Shown here piece after piece: positions 1 through 10,077 of a stretch of DNA of 64,000 nucleotides. This DNA is from an uncultured Actinomycetes bacterium (GTDB lineage: Bacteria; Actinomycetota; Actinomycetes; Streptosporangiales; Streptosporangiaceae), in NCBI GenBank assembly GCA_963837335.1, contig CAWINS010000086.1, positions 24,114-88,113 of the forward strand, read 5' to 3'. The notes below the pieces were generated by a model that worked only from the letters and a program-made list of their open reading frames with translations, did no database searches and was not told the origin of the DNA. A program made the position numbers and the translations under genes. How positions within the stretch are numbered: the first letter of the stretch is position 1; each line of letters begins with the position of its first letter.

Positions 1-184
1 ACTGCCCCTGCTGCGCTACCCTCCCGGTACCGGCATGAATGCGGGCGGTGCGATGCTCTAGCGTTCGGTCCCGCTGGTACTGGCCAGCATCCCCGTCACC
101 GTGGCGCTGGCCGCGCTGATCGCCGCCTGGCCGGCCCGGGCTGCCGCACGGGTCAGGGCCGCCACCGTGCTGCGGGCGGAGTAG
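1..184 (+). CDS. FtsX-family ABC transporter permease, C-terminal end (partial, runs off the window start)
   Basis: The + frame is open from the window edge to TAG 182-184. The tail ...IAAWPARAAARVRAATVLRAE matches the C-terminal tails of the full-length FtsX paralogues downstream. Confidence 0.6.
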
Positions 185-187
185 CGG

Positions 188-2665
188 ATGGCCCGCGACA
201 TGAGAAGCATCGCGTTCCTTTTCCGCTCCTGGCTGAGGCAGCGCTGGCGGGCGGCGCTCGGGCTGGCGCTGCTCCTTGGCCTGATCGGCGGGGTAGCACT
301 GACCGCAGCGGATGGCGCCCGCCGCACCGCCACCGCGTACCCGCGGCTGCTGCGCTGGAGCAACGCCGCCAACGTTCAGGTCGTCCCCGGCTGCGTCGGT
401 CTGGGCAGTTTCTATACCGCACTGGCCCGGCTACCGCAGGTCGCGTCGATGTCCACCGAGGTCGTCTATGAGCTGGCCGTCCCAGGCGGTGGCGGTGCGC
501 CAGCTGGGCAGCTGGAAGCGGTCGCCAGCCCGGACGGCACGCTCGGGCGGACCACGGACCGGGTGCGAATCCTGGCCGGGCGGCGCCCGCCCTCGGCGGA
601 CCCGGCCGCTGTCATGATCGACCAGCAGCTGGCCGTGAGTAGACGGCTGCGGCCGGGCAGCACGCTGCACCTGCTCGGTGTGCCAAGCACGGCGAAGGTA
701 TGCCCGGCCGGACCGGCCGGCCGGCCCAGGGCCGCGCGGTCCCGTTGTCCTTCCGGGTAGCGGCGGTCGTCGCCTTCGATGACCAGGTGGTGCCCGCGCC
801 TGGCCTAGGGGGCGCGCCGCGGGTGCTGCTGAGTCCCGGATTCTGGCGGACTGGTGCGGGTCGCCAGTTTGGCCCTGGTGATGCGGCAAACGTGCGGCTG
901 CGGCCGGGCGTGAGCCTCGTCTCGTTCACCGCCGCGGCCCGCGCGCTGGCCAGACATTACCCGTCCGCCGGGTCGCTCAGCTTCACGAACCTGGCCGGGC
1001 AGAGGGGCGCGACGGAGCAGGCGATCCGCCCGGAGGCGATCAGCCTGGCCGTGTTCGCTGCGCTGGCCGCGATTCTCGCGCTCGTGGTACTCGGCCAGCT
1101 CATTGGCCGCCAGCTCATCCTGGATTCGGCGGAGTTTCCCGTTCTGGGCGCCCTGGGGATGACCAGGGCCAGGCTGGCTGCGCTGTTTCTGGCCCGGGCC
1201 GGCGCGGTGACGGGTGGCGGTGCCGGCTTCGCCGTGGCCATCGCAGTCGCGGCGTCGCCGCTGATGCCCATCGGGACGGCCCGGCTGGCCGAGCCGAGCC
1301 CCGGCGTCGAGGTCAACCTGGCCATCCTGGGCACCGGTCTGGCGGTCATCACGATCGCGCCGCTGGTGTTGCTGTCCCCGGTGGCCTGGCGCGTGGCCGG
1401 GCGCACGCCCGGCTCGCTGGGCGTGGCCGGGCCGGGCCGCCGGGCTCCGCGGTTCCCGGCTGGCCCAGACCCTGGCCGTGGCCGGGTCGGTGACCGGCGG
1501 CATCGGGGTACGGATGGCGTTCGAGCCCGGCCGCGGCCGGGGTGCCGTCCCGGTGCGCAGTTCGCTGGCGGTGACGGCAGTGACTCTGGCGTCGCTGCTG
1601 GCGGCCCTGGTCTTCGGGGCGAGCCTGATCACCCTGGTCAGGACCCCCCACCGGTACGGGCAAAACTGGAACCAGGAGCTCGACCTGCAGTTCGCTGGCG
1701 CGCCCGCTGCGATGATCAGCAGGGTCATGGCGGCCCAGCCCGCCGTCCGCGGATATGCGGGCGGCGACTACGGGCAGCTGGATATCGGGGGCCAGGACGT
1801 CCCGGCGATCGGCATCGATCCGCTGCACGGACGCGGTTTCCTCACCCTGCTGGCCGGTCACCCGCCGTCCGGTCCCGGCCAGGTCGTCCTCGGTGAGCGG
1901 ACTCTGCGCGCCCTGCACCGGCACGTCGGCCAGACGGTTCCGGTCAGTATCAACGGAAGCAGCCGGAGGATGCTGATCACGGGCGCGGCCACGTTCGCGC
2001 AGTTCAGCCAGGCCACTTCCGCCGCCACTGACCTTGGCACCGGGGCGGCCGTCAGCGCGCGGGTGCTCTCGGAGCCGAGCCCTCCCGTCTGCGCCCCCGG
2101 CCGCACCTGCTACAACTTCGTCCTCATCCGCTATCGGCCCGGTACCGGCCTGGGCGCGGCCGCGGCGCGGCTGCAGGCCATCGTCACCCGGAACGGGTGC
2201 CCGCCGGGAATCTGCTTGGTGAACGCCGATCAGCGGCCGGGCGACATCCGCGACTACACAGCCGTCCGGGACACGCCGCTGGCCCTCTGTGCCGTGCTGG
2301 CCCTGCTCGCCGTCGGCACGTTCACCCATTTGCTGGTCACCAGCGTCCGCCGGCGGCGCCGCGAGCTGGCCATCCTCAAGACGCTCGGGCTGCGCCGGGC
2401 CCAGTTGCTCTGGGTGGTGGGCTGGCAGGCGACTGCGCTGGCCGCCGCGGCCATGCTGGCCGGGCTGCCGCTCGGCCTGCTGGCCGGCCGCTGGTCCTGG
2501 GCACTGTTCGCTGGTGCGCTGGGCGTGGCCGGGGGCGCCGATGTCCCGGTGCTCCTGGTGCTGCTGACCGTCCCGGTCACCTGGCTGCTGGCTATCCTGA
2601 TCGCCGCCTGGCCGGCCCGGGCGGCGGCCAGGGTGAGGCCAGCAGCGGTCCTGAGGACGGAATGA
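188..2665 (+). pseudogene. FtsX/MacB-type permease paralogue (~820 aa) with the reading frame broken twice
   Basis: ORFs 188-760, 700-1896 and 1478-2665 are collinear with the intact paralogues at 2706-5168 and 5401-7797. Shared features are the N-terminal RxRWRAAL TM1, the central FtsX bundle and the C-terminal ...WPARAAARVRPAAVLRTE. The frame changes at ~700-735 (a CCGG-repeat run) and ~1400-1450. Confidence 0.7.
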
Positions 2666-2705
2666 TGAGCGTGGGACGTGGCGGCCGGTGACCGCGATCT
2701 GGCTG

Positions 2706-5168
2706 TTACTCCGTGCGCAGCGCGCGCGCCGGGCTGACCCGGGCCGCCGACCGGCCGGGCCACAGCGCCACCGCGTTGGCGATGACCAGGACGGCGGGCA
2801 CCATGATCAGCAGCAGCGGGACCGGCAGGCTGGCGTCGGCGGGGACGCCCAGCCCGGCGGCGAACAGCTGCCAGCTCCACCGGCCCGCGGCGACCCCCAG
2901 CGGCAGCCCGATCAGCAACGCCAGCCCGGCTAGCGTGCTCACCTGCCACGCGGCCACCTGGCTGACCTGACGGCGGAGCAGGCCCAGTGCCTTCAGCACG
3001 GCAAAGTCATGCCGTCTGCGCCGGCCCGACACCACGGACAGCTGGGCGAGCACGGCCACGCCGAGCCCGGCGAGCAGCCCGGCCAGCACCTCGGGAGTGC
3101 CGTCGATGCGCGCGTAGTCGGTCACGCCGTTGGGCCGCTGCGCGAGCTCCACGCAGGTCGACTGCTGGACGTTGGCGCAGAACCCGGCCATGGAGCGCCG
3201 GAACCGGCTGAGGGCCGCACTCCGGCCGGGGCCGCGGGCAAAGCGCAGCAGCACCACCTGGAACCCGGAGCGTCCCCCGTACAGTGCGGCCTGCGGGCTG
3301 AGCACCGCGGCGGTGGTCTCAGCACCCTCGCCGAGGTCGGTCGGGGTGAAGCTGCCCTGGCCGAAGTTCGGGAACACGGCCTGGCCGACGATCCGGTCCT
3401 GGATCTGCCGCCCGTTGACGGTGACCGGCACCTCTTGCCCGACGTGCAGCCCCAGGTCGTGCAGGGTGGATGAACCCAGCACGATCTCGCGGCTGGTGCG
3501 TGGCGGGCGTCCGGCCACCAAGGTGGGCGAGATCAGCGGCCCGCGGCCGGGAGTGAGGCCGATCGCCGGGACCAGGTGGCCGTTGATCCCGATGATGCCG
3601 TGATCACCGTAGGTCCAGCCGGTGATGCCCGGGACGGTGCCGAACAGGTTCTGGGCCTGGCCCGGCTGGATAGGCGAGAACTGCAGATCGATCGCGGCGT
3701 CCCAGCTCTGGCCGTACAGGCGCGGGGAGTGGACCAGGTGCAGCAGGTTCGCGCCGAACGTGAAGGCCGCGGTCACCGCCAGCACCGACAGTGCGGTGCC
3801 CGCCAGCGCGGCCCGCACCGGCACGGCCGCGGCGCCCCGCCCCGGCTCCGTGGCCAGCCTGGCTCCCGCCGTCATGGTTACCGGCGCGCCCGCCCCGGCC
3901 AGCCAGCCGGCCAGCCAGGATCGCCGTCCCGGACCCATAACCGCCTCGCGCGCGGCGGCCTCGCGCACCGAGGCGAGCCGCCAGGCCGGCCAGAGCGTGC
4001 GGGCGGCCAGCAGGACCACGATGATCACTGCGCCTGCGGACAGCACGAGCCAGTCCGCGCTGACCCCCGGATCGGGCTCGGCGAGCCGGGCCGCCCCGAT
4101 CGGCATCAGCGGCGACGCCGCGACCGCCACCCCGGCCGCGAGGATGGCCCCGGCGGTGCCCGCCACCACGATCTCGATGAGGGCCGCCGCCACCATCTGG
4201 CCCCGGGTCAGGCCCAGGGCGGCGAGCACCGGATTGCCCGCGCCCGCGGCCAGCAGCAGCCGGGTGGCGGCCTGGCCGACGATGAGCAGCGCGGTGCAGG
4301 CCAGCGCCAGTGCGAAGATGGCCAGCGCGATGGTCTCGGGCCGGATTCCGCGCTCGATGGTGGCCACCTGCGCGCTCTCGTCGTCCACGTAGGCCTGTCC
4401 CAGCGTGGCCGGGAACCGGCGGGCCAGGGCCTGGGCCTCGCGGCTCACGAGGCTGGCGGTGGCTCCCGGTTCCAGCTTTACGAAGGCCCCGTCGAACGCC
4501 CGGTACCCGGGGCCCAGTTGCTGGGTCAGCGCCGGGCTGGCCTGGATGAAGGCCACCTTGTCGTTGTCGGTGACGGGGTCGACCGACGACCGTGTGACGA
4601 CGATGCCCACCACCCGCTCGCGCAGCCTGCGCGGCGGGACGGCCGGCCCGGATCCGGTACCCGAGCCGGGCTGCCCCTGGTTTGACAGTGCTTCCATGGC
4701 GAGCGTGCTGCCGACGCGAAGATGCAGGGCCGCCGCGGCGGTCTGGTCCACTGCGATCTCGCCGGCCCGGTCCAGCCGGGGCAGCCGCCCGGCCAGCACC
4801 CGGGGGGCGTCCAGGCCATGCCCCAAGAGCCGGCCCGCCGGGGCCTCGGTGGTGGCCGCCCAGTCCAGCCGCCCAGCCCGGTCTGCGGGCTGCACGTTCA
4901 GGCCGATGCCCCGGGCGAGCAGCGCCACGCCCGGCTGCCGGGCCAGCGCGCCATAGAAGCCGGTCGTCCCGATTCCGGCCACCGAGACCAGCAGGTCGGA
5001 GGCGTGCGATGCGCGCAGGAAACGCGGGTAGGCACTGCTGGTCCGCCGCGCCCCCGCGGCGGCGGTCATGACCGTGCCGCCCGCCAGCCCGACCAGCAGG
5101 ACCAGCACCGCCCAGGCCCGCCAGCGGATTCTGAGCTCGTGCGCCACGAGGAGCAGCACCGCGCGCAC
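2706..5168 (-). CDS. FtsX/MacB-type ABC transporter permease (two FtsX 4-TM bundles, large extracytoplasmic domains)
   Basis: Intact 820-aa ORF. It has the N-terminal TM (RIRWRAWAVLVLLVGLAGG), two FtsX-like TM bundles and the tail WPGRSAARVSPARALRTE. It is a paralogue of its neighbours. Confidence 0.85.
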   Translation of the reverse strand: MRAVLLLVAHELRIRWRAWAVLVLLVGLAGGTVMTAAAGARRTSSAYPRFLRASHASDLLVSVAGIGTTGFYGALARQPGVALLARGIGLNVQPADRAGRLDWAATTEAPAGRLLGHGLDAPRVLAGRLPRLDRAGEIAVDQTAAAALHLRVGSTLAMEALSNQGQPGSGTGSGPAVPPRRLRERVVGIVVTRSSVDPVTDNDKVAFIQASPALTQQLGPGYRAFDGAFVKLEPGATASLVSREAQALARRFPATLGQAYVDDESAQVATIERGIRPETIALAIFALALACTALLIVGQAATRLLLAAGAGNPVLAALGLTRGQMVAAALIEIVVAGTAGAILAAGVAVAASPLMPIGAARLAEPDPGVSADWLVLSAGAVIIVVLLAARTLWPAWRLASVREAAAREAVMGPGRRSWLAGWLAGAGAPVTMTAGARLATEPGRGAAAVPVRAALAGTALSVLAVTAAFTFGANLLHLVHSPRLYGQSWDAAIDLQFSPIQPGQAQNLFGTVPGITGWTYGDHGIIGINGHLVPAIGLTPGRGPLISPTLVAGRPPRTSREIVLGSSTLHDLGLHVGQEVPVTVNGRQIQDRIVGQAVFPNFGQGSFTPTDLGEGAETTAAVLSPQAALYGGRSGFQVVLLRFARGPGRSAALSRFRRSMAGFCANVQQSTCVELAQRPNGVTDYARIDGTPEVLAGLLAGLGVAVLAQLSVVSGRRRRHDFAVLKALGLLRRQVSQVAAWQVSTLAGLALLIGLPLGVAAGRWSWQLFAAGLGVPADASLPVPLLLIMVPAVLVIANAVALWPGRSAARVSPARALRTE

Positions 5169-5185
5169 CAGACCTCACCCCCCTC

Positions 5186-5255
5186 GGGCTCCGCCCGCCA
5201 TGTGCAGATCGGCGGGCTGCGCCGCCGTGCCGAGCGGGCTGCGCCCGCCATGTGC
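5186..5255. promoter_or_regulatory. 20-nt direct repeat (19/20 identical) in a divergent intergenic region, candidate operator
   Basis: gggctccgcccgccatgtgc (5186-5205) and gggctgcgcccgccatgtgc (5236-5255) lie 50 bp apart, between the divergent FtsX genes that start at 5168 (-) and 5401 (+). Confidence 0.3.
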
Positions 5256-5400
5256 TAGAGCGTAGGCATTCCGGCGCTGACTCTCCAGGGTGCTTGCGCG
5301 GGCGGGTGGGTGCGGCAGGTACCACCACGCCCGTGGTGCTCACCCCCTTTGCGGCGGGGCGGAAACCGTGGCCCAATGGACGGCAACTCGTGGTGGGGGG

Positions 5401-7797
5401 ATGGCGTTGGCCGCTGGATGGATGTTCTTCCGCGCTGAGCTGCGCCGCCGATGGCGCGCGTGGCTGGCGCTGGCCCTGATCGTGGGGGCGTTCGCCGGAG
5501 TGGTCGAGGCGGCGGCCGCGGGGGCCCGCCGCACCGATGCCGCCTACCCGAGCCTGCAGGCCTGGAGCGATGCACCTGACCTGCTGCTGTTCTCATTCCC
5601 GGGCACGTCCCGGACGTTCGCCCAGTTCTCTCCGCGGGAAGTGGCAGCCGTTCCGCAGGCGCGGCAGGCCGCGATCCTGGCCGGCTATCCGGTGGCCTCA
5701 CCGGCCGCGGCGCAGGTCATCGCGCCGGAGAGCACGCTGGTGCCTAGCCGGTTCTGGCGCCGCCGGATCCTGTCCGGCCGCCTGCCTGACCCAGCCCGGC
5801 CCGATGAGGTGGACATCTCCTTCACCCTGGCCCAGACCGCTCACCTGGGCACCGGGGACGTCCTGCACGCCACGCTGCTGACTCCGGCCGGCCGGCCGGT
5901 GCCGTTCGCGTTCCGGATCGTCGGTATCGACGCGGCCCCCTCGGAGTTCCCGCCGCAGACCGGGACGGGCACCGACACGGTCTGGGCGACCCCGGCCTTC
6001 TACCGGGCGCACCGTTCCGATCTCGACAACTACACGGGGGTAGCCCTCCGGCTCCGGCGCGGGAGTGCCGACCTGCCCGCCGTCCGGCGCGAGATGAGCC
6101 GGCTCACCGGGGGCAAGTACGTGCAGAGCTACCCGCTGGCCACTCAGGCGGCGAACACGGAGCGCTCCATCCACCTGCAGGCCGTCGCGTTGTGGCTGGT
6201 GGCTGCGCTACTCGCCGTGATCAGCGTGCTGGTGCTGGGGCAGTTGCTGGCCCGGATGAGCTTCCTGGACTCGGTGGAGTACGCCGCGCTGCGGGCGCTC
6301 GGCCTCAGCCGCCGGACGTTGCTGGCCGTCGGCCTCTTTCGCGCCGCCGTCATCGGCGCGGTCGGCGCGCTGGTAGGGACCCTGACCGCGCTGGCCATCT
6401 CCCCGCTGCTGCCCGTCGGCCTGGCGGCCGTGGCCGAGCCCTACCCGGGAGTCCGTGCCGATGGCCTCGTCTTCGGCGTGGGGGTGGCCGCCGCGGTGCT
6501 GATCACGATCGCCGCGACCGCCTGGCCGACCTGGCGGGCGGCGAGCGCCGGCCCGGCGACGGACGGCCTGGGGCGCCCGGCCCCGGCCAGCCCGGGGGGT
6601 CGCCGGAGGCCACACTTCCTGGCCACGCTGACCTCGGGCATCAGCTCGGTCACCGCCTTGCTCGGCATCCGGCTGGCGTTGCAGCCCGGCGGGGGCCGGA
6701 CCGCGGTGCCGGTGCGCAGCACCGTGGCCAGCGCGGTGGTGGGCGTGGCCGCGCTCACCGGGGCGCTGGTCTTCTCGGCCAGCCTGGGGCATCTGCTGGC
6801 CACGCCCCGGCTGTACGGCGTGACCTGGGACGCGTACGTCAGTAACACCCAGCAGCACGGGGTCGAAGCGGCGATCCGCGGCCTGACCGGGCGGCCCGGG
6901 GTCACCGCGTGGTCGGCCGGCTATTCGGGGGTGCCGCTGACCGTCCAGGGCGTGCCGACCGACGCGATCGCCATGCTGCCCAGTCACCACGGTGACTTGC
7001 AGCCCGTGCCCGTGCGGGGGCAGCTGCCCAGCGGCCCGGACGAGATCACGGTGGGGGAGAAGACCCTGGCCGCCATGCACGCCCGCATCGGCCAGACCGT
7101 CGCCGTCTCACTGGATGGGTTCCGGCCCGGCCGGTACCGGATCGTCGGCACCGCCGTCTTCCCCAACATCAGTGACTCGCTCAGCCTGGGCCGGGGGGCC
7201 ACGCTATCCGTGGCGGGACTGCGCCGCCTGCTACCGCCGTCACTGAGCGCTCCGCCGCTCGACACCCTGCTGGTGCGGTTCCGCCCGGGCACGGGCGGGG
7301 CAGCCGGGCTGAACGCCCTCGCGGCGCAGGCCGCGCGGTTGGGCCCGTTCGTGGTCCAGGGGCCCACCACCCCGGCCGACGTGGTGAATTTCGGCCGGGT
7401 CCAGGATCTGCCCCTGCTGCTCGGGATCGCGCTCAGCCTGCTGGCCCTGGTCACGATCGTGCACCTGCTGCTCACCTCGGTCCGGCGGCGGCGCCGGGAC
7501 TTCGCGGTGCTCCGCTCGATCGGCCTCACCCGGCGCCAGGTCCGCGCCACGATCAGCTGGCAGGCCAGCACGCTCACCGCAGTCGCGCTAGGCCTGGGGA
7601 TCCCGCTCGGCATCGTGTGCGGCCGGGTGGCCTGGCGGCTGTTCGCCGGCCAGCTCGGGATCATGCCCGTCGTGGTGCTGCCGGTGATCCTGGTGCTGGT
7701 GGTGCCGGCCGCCCTGGCGCTGGCCGTGGCCGTCGCGGCCGTGCCGGGAGAGTCGGCGGCCCGGGCCCGGCCCGCCGAGATCTTGCGCAGCGAGTAG
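5401..7797 (+). CDS. FtsX/MacB-type ABC transporter permease
   Basis: The track ORF is 5290-7797. I place the start at ATG 5401 (MALAAGWMFFRAELRRRWRAWLALALIVG), which aligns with the paralogue N-termini. It has two FtsX bundles and the tail VPGESAARARPAEILRSE. Confidence 0.85.
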   Translation: MALAAGWMFFRAELRRRWRAWLALALIVGAFAGVVEAAAAGARRTDAAYPSLQAWSDAPDLLLFSFPGTSRTFAQFSPREVAAVPQARQAAILAGYPVASPAAAQVIAPESTLVPSRFWRRRILSGRLPDPARPDEVDISFTLAQTAHLGTGDVLHATLLTPAGRPVPFAFRIVGIDAAPSEFPPQTGTGTDTVWATPAFYRAHRSDLDNYTGVALRLRRGSADLPAVRREMSRLTGGKYVQSYPLATQAANTERSIHLQAVALWLVAALLAVISVLVLGQLLARMSFLDSVEYAALRALGLSRRTLLAVGLFRAAVIGAVGALVGTLTALAISPLLPVGLAAVAEPYPGVRADGLVFGVGVAAAVLITIAATAWPTWRAASAGPATDGLGRPAPASPGGRRRPHFLATLTSGISSVTALLGIRLALQPGGGRTAVPVRSTVASAVVGVAALTGALVFSASLGHLLATPRLYGVTWDAYVSNTQQHGVEAAIRGLTGRPGVTAWSAGYSGVPLTVQGVPTDAIAMLPSHHGDLQPVPVRGQLPSGPDEITVGEKTLAAMHARIGQTVAVSLDGFRPGRYRIVGTAVFPNISDSLSLGRGATLSVAGLRRLLPPSLSAPPLDTLLVRFRPGTGGAAGLNALAAQAARLGPFVVQGPTTPADVVNFGRVQDLPLLLGIALSLLALVTIVHLLLTSVRRRRRDFAVLRSIGLTRRQVRATISWQASTLTAVALGLGIPLGIVCGRVAWRLFAGQLGIMPVVVLPVILVLVVPAALALAVAVAAVPGESAARARPAEILRSE

Positions 7798-7916
7798 CCG
7801 CGTGCGCTGTCCCCGGGGGCCGCAGGCTGGCCGGCCGCGCTGTCTCTAGGCCGAGGGTGTGCCTACTACCACCGCCGACCTGCATGGCTGCCCACTGGCG
7901 GTGAGCGGCCCAGTGT

Positions 7917-9341
7917 GTGAACGTTTGTTACGTGGATCACAGTGACGCGGCTCCGGCCGGCCCGATCGCGGTCTTTCTCGCGGACGACAATCTGATCGTC
8001 CGCGAGGGCGTGCGCGCCCTCATCGAGCGGAACGCCGACCTGACCGTGGTGGGCGTGGCCGCCGACTATGACGGAGTGGTGGACGGCGCGACCGCCGCCA
8101 AGCCGCAGGTGCTCGTGACCGACATCCGGATGCCACCCTCGTTCCAGCGGGAGGGCATCGACGCGGCGAAGGAACTGCGCAAGCGGCACCCGGGCACCGG
8201 AGTCGTGATCCTGTCCCAGTACGAGGACCCTGAGTACGCCGTGTCGCTGCTGGCCGAGGGATCGGCCGGCTACGGCTACCTGCTCAAGGACCACGTGGCC
8301 GAGGGAAACCAGCTGGTGGATGCGATCCGCGCGGTAGCCACCGGCGGCACCGCGCTGGATCCCACGATCGTCGAGGCGCTGGTGGCGCCGGTGGTTCCGC
8401 CGGGCGGCCTGACCCGCGCCGAGGAAGAGCTGCTCAGCATGGTCGCCGAGGGCAAGCCGATCAAGGCCATCGCCGTGGCGCGCCGGACCGCCCCGGAAGC
8501 CATCGACGCGGAAGTCGAAGCGGTCTTCGTCAAGCTGGCCGAGGGGGTGTCGGCGGGCAACTCCGGCGCCCTGCAGCGCCTCCGCCTGCTGCACCAGGCC
8601 ATCGTGGACCGGGAGGAGCAGGGCGAGACGCTGTCCCGCCTGCTGCCCGGCGGGCTGGCCGACAAGCTGCGCCAGGAGCACCGGGAGATCGGTGAGACCG
8701 AGCGCGTCATCGTGACCGTGCTGATGAGCGACATCCGGTCCTACTCGACCATCGCCGAGCACGCTGACCCGAGCCAGCTCGCCGCCCAGCTGAATACCCA
8801 CCGGGCCGCCATGAATCACGCCATCCTGGGGGAGGGGGGAACGGTGATGCAGTTCGTGGGCGATGCGGTCATGGCGGTGTTCGGCGCGCCGTTCCCGCAG
8901 GCGGATCACGCCGACCGGGCGGTGGCCGCGGCGTCGGTCATGCACTCCCTGCAGGCCGGGATCAACGACCGCTGGAGTTCCGACGGCCTGCCTCCCTTCG
9001 GCCTCGGCCTGGGGCTGTCCAGTGGCGAGGCCGCTGCCGCGCTGCTCGGCTCGGCCGAGCGGCTGGAATACACCCTGGTCGGTGACACGGTGAACCTGTC
9101 GCAGCGGCTGCAGCAGTTCGCCGCGGCCGGGGAGACCGTGCTGTCTGAGGCCACCCTTCAGGCGCTGAGCAGCCCGGTGCAGACCGTGGCGCTGGGGGCC
9201 CAGATGGTCAAGGGACGCGACACCCCGGTCACCGCATACAAGATCATTAACCTGGCTCCCCCGGCCGGTGCCGTCGCGGACGCGGCGGCCCGGGCCGGGG
9301 CCGCTAGCACTACCGAGATGACGACCTGGACGGGGGCCTGA
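7917..9341 (+). CDS. Response-regulator receiver + degenerate LuxR-type HTH + class III adenylate/guanylate cyclase fusion
   Basis: The REC domain (VLVTDIRMPP..VVILSQY..GYLLKD) is a close paralogue of the regulator at 12838-13512. The HTH-like segment is LTRAEEELLSMVAEGKPIKAIA. The cyclase domain has VLMSDIRSYS, FVGDAVMAVFGAP and LVGDTVNLSQRLQ. Confidence 0.8.
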   Translation: MNVCYVDHSDAAPAGPIAVFLADDNLIVREGVRALIERNADLTVVGVAADYDGVVDGATAAKPQVLVTDIRMPPSFQREGIDAAKELRKRHPGTGVVILSQYEDPEYAVSLLAEGSAGYGYLLKDHVAEGNQLVDAIRAVATGGTALDPTIVEALVAPVVPPGGLTRAEEELLSMVAEGKPIKAIAVARRTAPEAIDAEVEAVFVKLAEGVSAGNSGALQRLRLLHQAIVDREEQGETLSRLLPGGLADKLRQEHREIGETERVIVTVLMSDIRSYSTIAEHADPSQLAAQLNTHRAAMNHAILGEGGTVMQFVGDAVMAVFGAPFPQADHADRAVAAASVMHSLQAGINDRWSSDGLPPFGLGLGLSSGEAAAALLGSAERLEYTLVGDTVNLSQRLQQFAAAGETVLSEATLQALSSPVQTVALGAQMVKGRDTPVTAYKIINLAPPAGAVADAAARAGAASTTEMTTWTGA

Positions 9342-10072
9342 TGAACGACAGCCCGGCCGCGCTAGCCATGCGCGGCGTGCGCAAGACATTCGAAGCCGAG
9401 AACGCGCCGGTCCGCGCGCTACGGGGGGTGGACCTGACCGTGGCCAGCGGCGAGTTCGTGGCGCTGATGGGTCCCTCCGGATGCGGCAAGTCCACCCTGC
9501 TGAACCTGGTGGCCGGGCTGGACACCCCGGACGAGGGGGAGATCAGCGTGGCCGGGGAGCAGGTGTCCGGGCGCAGTGAGGACGACCTGGCCCGGCTCCG
9601 CCGCCGGCACATCGGCCTGGTCTTCCAGTTCTTCAACCTGCTGGAAGGGATGACGGTGCTGGAGAACGTGGCGCTGCCTGCCGTCATCGCCGGCCGCCGC
9701 CGGAAGATGGCCGAGACCCGCGCCCGTGACCTGCTTGACCTGCTCGGCATCGGCGACAAGGCCAGCGCGGTGCCCGGCGTGCTGTCCGGCGGCCAGCGGC
9801 AGCGGCTGGCCATCGCCCGGGCCCTGGCCAACGAGCCCACCCTGCTGCTGGCCGACGAGCCCACCGGGGCCCTCGACTCCGAGGGCGGCGACGAGGTCAT
9901 CGAGTTGCTGCGCCGCCTGCACGACGGCGGCCAGACCATCGTCCTGGTCACCCACGACTCCAGCGTGGCCGCGGCGGCCGGCCGGGTGGTGCGGATGCGC
10001 GACGGCCGGATAGAAGACCCCGAGCCCGCACCCGACGGCAGCGCCGCCGCCGTGGTCATTGAGGCACGCTGA
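9341..10072 (+). CDS. ABC transporter ATP-binding protein (MacB/LolD-like)
   Basis: Walker A GPSGCGKST, signature LSGGQRQRLAIARAL and Walker B LLLADEPTGALD are present. The ATG overlaps the upstream stop (ATGA at 9338-9341). Confidence 0.9.
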   Translation: MNDSPAALAMRGVRKTFEAENAPVRALRGVDLTVASGEFVALMGPSGCGKSTLLNLVAGLDTPDEGEISVAGEQVSGRSEDDLARLRRRHIGLVFQFFNLLEGMTVLENVALPAVIAGRRRKMAETRARDLLDLLGIGDKASAVPGVLSGGQRQRLAIARALANEPTLLLADEPTGALDSEGGDEVIELLRRLHDGGQTIVLVTHDSSVAAAAGRVVRMRDGRIEDPEPAPDGSAAAVVIEAR

Positions 10073-10077
10073 CCACA

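Noticed and set aside
3604-5376. Long alternative-frame or antisense ORFs throughout the window. Examples: 1349-2329, 3604-5376, 7866-9389, 9310-11076, 13530-15131, 21144-23093, 27658-28758, 30114-31292, 31658-33025, 33583-34617, 42651-44018, 44578-45849, 57836-59011, 59597-60946.
   Set aside because: They overlap genes with clear family signatures on the other strand or frame. Their translations are Arg/Gly/Pro/Ala-rich low-complexity, as expected for stop-poor shadow frames in high-GC DNA.
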